DNA of 62,344 bases, the filler included. It is 9 parts of 9 records of this genome, joined end to end, with 100 filler letters (N's around TTAATTAATTAA, not from the genome) between each part and the next. Parts side by side here need not be neighbours in the genome. Positions count along the whole stretch, not along the records: positions 50,258 to 55,904 come from SRR7504441_1302; positions 56,005 to 62,344 come from SRR7504441_1303; 7 more parts are not named here. One strand, written 5' to 3'. The notes under the pieces were generated by a model. That model did no database searches, had not been told where the DNA came from, and was given only the letters and a program-made list of their open reading frames with translations. Below, piece by piece: positions 55,424 to 62,344 of the stretch (the stretch's first letter is position 1; each line of letters opens with the position of its first letter). A program made the translations under genes and the position numbers.

Positions 55424-55763
55424 GCGTGCGGTCCAGCGCTGGCTGCAGAAGCCAGAGCGACCGTGTGGTCGCCGAGATGTTTGACGTGAGTCTCATGATG
55501 ATCAGATGTCACCACAGCAGCTGCCAGCTAGCTGCCAGGGGCGTTCTCAGCGCGAGTGATAGGTGCTGCCCGAACCTAGATGGGCTTAGGTAAATACAAT
55601 ACAACACAAACGGCTGCCCGGACCATCGGGAGCCCGGCCGGGTCCGCAGCCGCGGCGCCGCCCGCATCGACCCCCCCCCCCCGGATGTGACTCAAACCTC
55701 AATAAAACCACAATAAACCACATAAAAACCGCGCAGCGCGAGCGCAGTGCTCCAGATTTTGAG

Positions 55764-55904
55764 ATGGCGCTGGTCGGGCTGGTGCTGGGGGTCTGTCTGA
55801 CCGGCTTGGTGGGTGGGCTGGACACGGGGGCGGCGCTATCGATGCCAGGCCCGGGCTCGGCTGGATCCATGTGCAACCGATTCTACTGCAAGAGTGACAA
55901 GAAA
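55764..55904 (+). CDS. N-terminus of a secreted protein (cut by contig end)
   Basis: Signal peptide MALVGLVLGVCLTGLVGG running into the linker. Confidence 0.45.
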
Positions 55905-56004
55905 NNNNNNNNNNNNNNNNNNNNNNNNNNNNNNNNNNNNNNNNNNNNTTAATTAATTAANNNNNNNNNNNNNNNNNNNNNNNNNNNNNNNNNNNNNNNN
56001 NNNN
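55905..56004. other. Artificial contig linker
   Basis: N-run with TTAATTAATTAA. Confidence 0.98.
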
Positions 56005-58901
56005 CTCGGCGGCTGCGGAACCACCAGCCCAACCGACTGCTGGAGCTTGTGGTGAATTATCTGACGAATGGCTAGATGAGAGTGAGAGCACGAATGAGGA
56101 CCTGTCCGGCGCTCTTCGTAGGTCTATGTTAGATCAGGCGTCTCCCATTCTCGAACCTATCCCAGAAGATTCCCCGGTTCTTGAGCCTTTAACAGTAGCC
56201 ACCGATGCAGACAGCGAGCCCATTCAGCAAGTGGGCGCCTGGGTCCTTGCAGCAAACAACAAGATCGAAAGGGCAAGAGCCCTAAAGGTACGAAGGATTG
56301 AAACGAGTGCGGTCGGCGATCCCGGACCAGAGCAGGGCTCGAGGCCAGAACCCGAGAGCATACAACAGGAAGCATCCAACCTCGAGGCAATGACTCATGC
56401 ACCCATAGCAGATCCGACGATCTCACAGAACCACTCGCTGATATTTACCATGCTACAAAAGCCTCATTCTAGTCGACCAGTCCCACGAAAGCGCGCAACG
56501 CAGCCGGCAACACTTAGTGCTCCAAAGCCGCCTCCTGACATGGAGTGGGACGAGGATCAAGATGGCCTGACAAGAATGGCTAGTCGTGCTCAAAAGATCG
56601 ATCCAGGACTTCCGGAGACCGAACCGGTTGAACAGTCGGCAAATGGCACTTTATCGAATCTATGGGATAATTTGGATCTTTCTGTAGGGGAACGTGATCT
56701 CGCAGAATCGGCTGGCTCAGACCAAATACTGGGTGATACCGAAAATGACACAGTCTGGACGTGGGAAGCATCCACAGGTGAGGCTGGCGCGAGTTCATCA
56801 GCTGTTAAAAGTGTCGGAGGACATCTTGCTGTGGGTGCCGCCACAATTGAGGACACAATAGAACTAGATGGTATTGCAGAGGGTAACATGATCTCCGCAG
56901 ATGGCGAAAACGCAACTATGTGCGCATGGTCAGACCTGGATGCACTGGAAGAAGATATGCCGCATCTGGGGCACTCAAATCGGTGTCTGGAGGCCTTACT
57001 CCCCCTGCCCCCGTGGCGGTACCGCAGTGCTACACAGCAATGCTCTGGGGCGACTGCAACCCGGAACACAAGCCGACTTCAGACAGAGAGCAAGCTTCCA
57101 GAGGCAGAGAGTGGCACGCTAGGAACCCTTGTTGTGGACTTGAATATCGCAGAAACAATCCAAGCAGCGGCAGTAGCCGCAAAGCAGGCTGCTGTAGATG
57201 TGATTGGGCGTGCTGTGGCACACAGTAGGACACCGCATACATCAGCGGCGAATAGCCCAGATGCATCGAGCATAGATCCCGATGACGTCCCGGGGTCCTG
57301 TGTAGACCAGGGCACAGGCGACTATTCTACTGGTACAACAGAAAGGTCAGCGATCAAGACAATCATGGCAGACACTCGAATGGGAGAGTACCGCCTTAAA
57401 CTCACAACTCCAGAAGCGGTGATTCAAGAAGTGGTACTCCTGATGCAGATACACTGCTACACTTCTTCCGCGCTGCTGAACAAGTTCATAGCTCCACTTG
57501 AAGCGTGGGCCGAGCAGCGCGACGCTGGAGATCTCACAGGACAGTGGTTGAAAGACGATCTTCTGAGATTGAAAGGCTGCTGCAGGAAGTTGTTGAAGCA
57601 CCGGATTCTAGTTGTGAAGCAGATCGAGCAGTGCACAGATAAGAATGGCACTGTTGACCTGCCACCTGTCTTTAGACAAATTGCTCTTTATTCGAGGGCG
57701 TGCGCGCATCTATTGGCATCCTCGCACACTCCCCAAAGAACTATAATGCATGAATCCGATGACGCAATACGAAGCATGTTGTCTAGAATCAAAGGAAATG
57801 TTGGTAGATCTTTTGGTGCTTTATTGCTCGATCCACTTCAGGTCATGGGAGCACAGATTCCTCCTGGGGCTAACAAACTTGTCGCTGCAGGGCCTTGTTG
57901 CATGTAAGATGCTCCTTGCGAGGTATATTGAGCTGACTGAAAATGACTCGGCCATCAACCAGAGGTACTTGTGCAATTTAGGTGGCATAATCATGCTTCA
58001 CAGGTGTTGCGTGGCATTAGATGCATTTGAGGAACAGTTGAACCTCGTGGATGTCGAGCATGGTCACCTCAGGAGCCTTCAACAGTTACGAGATAGGCTG
58101 CATGGTCTCACCATTAATCTTTGTTCGGAGCCACAAAGGAGGATTATTGGCTCAATTGAAGTGCCAAGGTGTGAATTTCATAGGGTACTCACTCTGAGGT
58201 GCTGATGAGACTATACTCTCGTAGGGATGGGCACTCTGATGTTGTGATTCTGCTGTCTGATATGGCGCTGCTAGTAACAAAGCTTCCCTCAGAGCATGAG
58301 CTGATCATATCTGCTCCTGTGGAAGATGTGGAGAGAAAATTCAGCGCCCTGGCGGTAAAACGAGCATCATGTTGACTAGAAATCTGATGACTGCAGTGCA
58401 GACTGCCAGGAGTATCCCCGGGGTAGTGACCCAGCAGCTACAGCCTGATGAAAAGCGAAGGCTGTTGTTGTTGGAGTCTCCAAAGACACAACCGGAAGAG
58501 TGGCAGGTGTGTGAAGCATGAGTTTCTCCCGAGATGTATTGAAGGCCTGGCCACAGGTGAACAAAGAACTTCATTACACTCAAGAATTTGATCCAAATGA
58601 TTACGAAAGAATTGTGCGTAGCTTGGGATTCGATCAGTTTGAGCACTTGGACGTGAAGCCAGCCCATTCTCTGTCGCTGAATTGCAGGGTGCCGGCTGAT
58701 TTGCGTGTGTCATCCCCCGATGCACTGGCCCCTGACCCTACTCTAGCACCAGAGGAGCTAAAAAGCCCCAGGCTACTGCACCACGACGACCAAGGGGGTC
58801 TATGTAGTGTTAACATTAGCGATTCTGACATAGTTTTGTCCCCTCACGGCTACGAAGCAACCACGGGTGCAATGCATGACTTAGGCGTTGAATTTGAATA
58901 A
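56005..58901 (+). CDS. Large acidic protein with a degenerate DH-PH-like region (5' partial, multi-exon, 3' structure uncertain)
   Basis: VIQEVV..FIAPL, SFGALLLDPLQ|GL...MLLARY and VILLSDMALL, joined by short GT-AG introns. Confidence 0.5.
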
Positions 58902-59365
58902 TAGCTTCGAAACAGTTCAAGATAAAAATAAAGAAAAACACAAAATATATTTGAATATTGGAGGTCTCCCGAGCGGCGAGATCAGCAAACGCAGCAAAAT
59001 GCACATGACCTGTCATGCCTCTCACAGGATGCCGTTCGTTAAGTTCGTTAGTAACCGAAGCATCAACTTCTGACCGAACCGTTAGTAGCCAACACGCCCG
59101 GCGCCACCCGCGCGGCAGTGGAGGAGGCAAACGGTGCGCGAAGGCCACCCTTGCTCAGCCCGAGCGCTCTTTGGACCACCTGGAGGTTCCGTTGGCGAGT
59201 TGCCCCCTGCAGCCCTGCGCAGAATGGGGGACTGAGTGGCTGCTCGGCAAGTCCCGGGCCAGGGTATATGTGCCGCCAACCCGGTGCTAGCCGTGCTACA
59301 GCCGCGATGCGACCACGCCATGGTCTCGGAGTGATAGGCTCGTCCGCTGTCTGCTAGAGCGCAAA

Positions 59366-60606
59366 ATGCCGCCTCGCAGGAATCGCCGTAGGCGTGTGAA
59401 TGCCGCAGTTGGCGCGAGCCACGCGCTGATTGCGGGCCGGAAATACCGCAGCAAGGCAGGGTCATCTGGATTCGAGCCGACCCAGGAGCTTATCATGAAA
59501 AGGGAACTGAAGCTGAAAGAGGGCTATAGGACTGCACTGAAGGCCCGGCCCATGTTCAATGTGCGGGCAATCTGTGAAGCACTTGTATTTTGACGGGTGA
59601 TCTTGTGCAGGTGGTTGACATAGTTTCAATGATCTTAGATTCGGATCCTGCTCTATTATACGTTGGTGACAAATTTGCAGCATTTGCTCGCAATGCCCTA
59701 CGATTCCTGTTGGAGAATGCAGCTCCAATTAGTAAAAACATGATGAACACTGAACCACCGGATTCCCACTTTCTAGTAACGCTAACCCAAAGCGAATGCA
59801 AGACAGTCTGACCATTGCGTGGCTAGATGTTGCAAGTGATACAAGTGCATTGGCTCCACCAAGCTCGGTGAGAACCATCTGTGTCCACGTTTTCACATGC
59901 AGCCTTTGGATTACTTTTGTGCTTCAGGTAGCATCTGTTTTAATACTAGTCTTTGGATCCCTGTCGTTTTGGTGGTATGAAGCTCAGATTCAAGTGTACA
60001 ATGACTGCAAAACGGCATACCAATGTGTGATGAAAGGCTTCGAGGCAGGACTCCATGGGGATTACGGGGGGCTCCATGGTGACAGCTGGTGGAACATTTT
60101 CCAGAGCTTCCCGCGCGCCATTCAAGACGACGGGATCAAACAGTCCCAATGGTGGTTCGTCACTCTCTTCTTGCTGGTGAGCAAACCGGCTGCTGGCCTG
60201 CCCAGCTGATGCTTGACCTGATAGTTGTGGAATTACATTCTTGTTGGGATAGTTCAAGGCTACATTGTGGATGCCTTTTCGGTGATAAGAGAGGCTGAGA
60301 CTCAACGAGACGACGACTCTGCAAAGAATTGCCTGGTCTGTTCACTGGATAAGTTTACCATCCAGGTGGGCTGTGCCATTGGCAGTTGAATTAATGCCCC
60401 ATGGCGTGTAGGACGTCGGCCAGGACTTCAAGACCCATGTAGAGGAGTGTCATAATCGCTGGGCATATGTGTACCTAGCGACAGCTGTATATATCAAACC
60501 AAAAGAATACTTTGGCACTACAGAAAGTGTAGTGGACAACGCTCTAGAGACGATGTCAACAGACTTTCTACCCTTGCACACATGTGTTGGTCACGAAGGA
60601 GACTGA
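59366..60606 (+). CDS. Short IP3 receptor/ryanodine receptor-like channel protein (pore module and C-terminal zinc-finger tail, start uncertain)
   Basis: Spliced CKTAYQC..GLHGDYGGLHGD..GIVQGYIVDAFSVIRE..NCLVCSLDKF..FKTHVEECHNRWAY..TESVV..DFLP follows the IP3R/RyR C-terminal pattern. Confidence 0.8.
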
Positions 60607-60641
60607 TCATCACACAATTGTCATGCACAATCATATTAACA

Positions 60642-60715
60642 CCGGTACACCAATAGCTCAATTATACCGGCTACACCACTAGCCGGTATACCAATAGCTC
60701 AATTATACCGGCTAC
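60642..60715. repeat. Two 33-bp direct repeats with internal dyad symmetry
   Basis: CCGGTA(C/T)ACCAATAGCTCAATTATACCGGCTAC at 60642-60674 and 60683-60715. Confidence 0.9.
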
Positions 60716-60928
60716 GATGAAATAAAACTAAGATAAATAGAGGGAAAATAGACGTTCGAAGACTCAGTGTCTCGCGCACAGTGCGCATAGAATAGCTATA
60801 GGGATTAATACAATAATGTATACGACAAAAACAAGTGGTTTGCTCAAGATCCTTCAATTCATAAAGCGTGGCATATTAGCTAGAGTTGAGACCACTCACA
60901 GCTCCCCCAGCCTCAAGTATTCGCTGCA

Positions 60929-62344
60929 CTAGTTCCAACCCCCGTTCCAAGGGATGGTTTCTTGCTCGGGCTCGTCACCACCTGGGAATCCGAATCGGCT
61001 CGAACGGCGTTTGTTGGGTGGCTCAAAAGGCTTGCTGTCCATATGCAAGTCAGAGAATGCACTCGGGAACCCCGCAGCGGTCCCGTTCATGAGCCCTTGA
61101 GGGCTCTCGAACATGCCTGGCGAGAGGTCAGATCCAGGTTGTAGACTGCTGGGTCCAAATGTGTCTTGATTGAGTGCATCAGCCTCCTCTTGGATAGCCT
61201 CGCCACCTAGAGCTGAAGAGAATCCATTGCTTCCAGCCTGGGGAGCATTGAAGAAAGGGTTGCCCGAGAAGAAAGAGCCGTTCAGGTCGTCCAGGTCATC
61301 GTCGAGCTCCATGGTCATCTCAAACGGATCAAGATCAAGACCATCGTCAGGAGTGACGTTGGAGAAGTTGAAGCGAGACTGGGAACCTGGGAATCCCTCT
61401 TGCTGTGGCTTGCCAACAGCACGAGTATTGCCGATTGCCGATGGGAAGCCCTCATTTGGACGGGCGGAGGGCATCATCCCCTCCGCAGGGGGCCGCTGCT
61501 GCCAGATCACGTCGCCACCAATCAGATCACCACCAATGGCTGAAGAAAAGCCAGGTGGACTATTCGAAGAAGGCTGCCCTTGCTGGGAAGTATGACCTCC
61601 TGCACGCTGGGGAGCCTTGCCTCGCTGCCCACCAATGGCTGACGAAAAGCCAGCACCAGCACTGGGACCACGAGCCACACCTGAGGTATGGACGTCATGC
61701 AGGGTAGATGCAGCTTTTTCTCTGATGCCCCACGGGTTGCTGGCATCCCTTGGACTGATGGTGTGCTGAGCTCCTTGAGAGGCTGTCCCTGCACTTTCGG
61801 CTTGTTTCTGCTGCAACCTACCCTGCTGTGGTTGACCTGGAACACCGGCAGCTGCACCAATCACATTCATTCTGTCCTGACTGTTCTGACGTGATCGCGT
61901 CTCACCGTCCGTACTGCCTCGGGAATTCTTGGGATGAGGTAGAGAATGGTCATTCCCATTCTTGGCATTCTTCTTTCTGGCGTCCTGCTCCTGCTTGCGC
62001 AACTCCTCGTCCTCGCGCTGCTTTGCCTTCTGCTCTGCCTTGAGGAGTTGGGCCTTCTCTCGCTCGATCCGCTCTTGCTCCCTGGCTGCTGCCTTCGCTG
62101 CCTTCTTTGCCTCAGCTTTCTCCCTGTCAGCTCTGTCCCTTTCAGCCTTGTCAGCTCGTGCCTTCTCGGCTTTCTCCTTGTCAAGTCTCTCCTTCTCAGC
62201 CTTGTCCTTTTCCTTCTTTGACTTGGACTTTACCTGGTCTTCACTGTGCAATGTAGGCTCGTCGTTCTGGTAATCTGGTGCCACATGCTTGTGTGCACTA
62301 TCTTTGCCATTACTCTTCTCGTTCTTCTTTTCCTTGGGTGCCTT
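60929..62344 (-). CDS. Low-complexity protein with charged coil and repeated GF(S/P)SA(I/L)G motifs (5' partial)
   Basis: The open frame extends to the window end, with a K/E/A coil followed by a G/S/P/Q-rich tail. Confidence 0.7.
   Translation of the reverse strand, partial: KAPKEKKNEKSNGKDSAHKHVAPDYQNDEPTLHSEDQVKSKSKKEKDKAEKERLDKEKAEKARADKAERDRADREKAEAKKAAKAAAREQERIEREKAQLLKAEQKAKQREDEELRKQEQDARKKNAKNGNDHSLPHPKNSRGSTDGETRSRQNSQDRMNVIGAAAGVPGQPQQGRLQQKQAESAGTASQGAQHTISPRDASNPWGIREKAASTLHDVHTSGVARGPSAGAGFSSAIGGQRGKAPQRAGGHTSQQGQPSSNSPPGFSSAIGGDLIGGDVIWQQRPPAEGMMPSARPNEGFPSAIGNTRAVGKPQQEGFPGSQSRFNFSNVTPDDGLDLDPFEMTMELDDDLDDLNGSFFSGNPFFNAPQAGSNGFSSALGGEAIQEEADALNQDTFGPSSLQPGSDLSPGMFESPQGLMNGTAAGFPSAFSDLHMDSKPFEPPNKRRSSRFGFPGGDEPEQETIPWNGGWN

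Noticed and set aside
4291-55515. Numerous long Arg/Pro/Ala-rich overlapping and antisense ORFs
   Set aside because: Expected shadow ORFs of GC-rich coding sequence, with no recognisable motifs.
19003-56004. Eight identical TTAATTAATTAA palindromes flanked by N as a repeat or array
   Set aside because: Fixed 100-bp six-frame-stop linkers added when contigs were concatenated.
59561-59610. Possible additional GC-AG intron from 59567
   Set aside because: An in-phase canonical GT donor at 59561 explains the junction equally well, so it was not counted.
60642-60715. CRISPR-like palindromic repeats
   Set aside because: Only two units with an 8-bp spacer, no cas genes, and a eukaryotic context.

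Overview
Gene-dense, GC-rich nuclear DNA from a eukaryotic microbe, most likely a flagellated protist (CFAP210-like and SF-assemblin-like genes). The lineage cannot be named from the sequence. The window is nine contigs joined by artificial 100-bp linkers (N-run/TTAATTAATTAA/N-run), so adjacency across linkers is not biological. About 35 genes or gene fragments are supportable. Many are split by very short spliceosomal introns (mostly 33-50 nt), which is why the ORF track is fragmented. Recognisable products include a GRIP golgin, an FN3 membrane protein, TMEM144- and TMEM184-like transporters, an ABHD17-like hydrolase, a TBC RabGAP, a double-UBC E2, CHIP/STUB1, an OTU deubiquitinase, NDH-2, CD2BP2, an EGLN-type prolyl hydroxylase, COMMD8, a class 3 lipase and LACTB2. 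Most notable: (1) at least nine introns need GC 5' splice sites with almost no consensus after the GC; (2) two Ca2+-channel-family genes (CaV/NaV-like and IP3R/RyR-like) and one flavoprotein are in-frame miniatures missing large internal parts; (3) several unusual domain fusions occur (WWE-ExoIII, 2Fe-2S-TPR-FNR, ABHD17-ankyrin, EF-hand-GRIP, PHD-CS); (4) short local duplications sit at intron boundaries. All family assignments come from motif recognition by eye, with no database search. No rRNA, tRNA, CRISPR array or transposase was seen.
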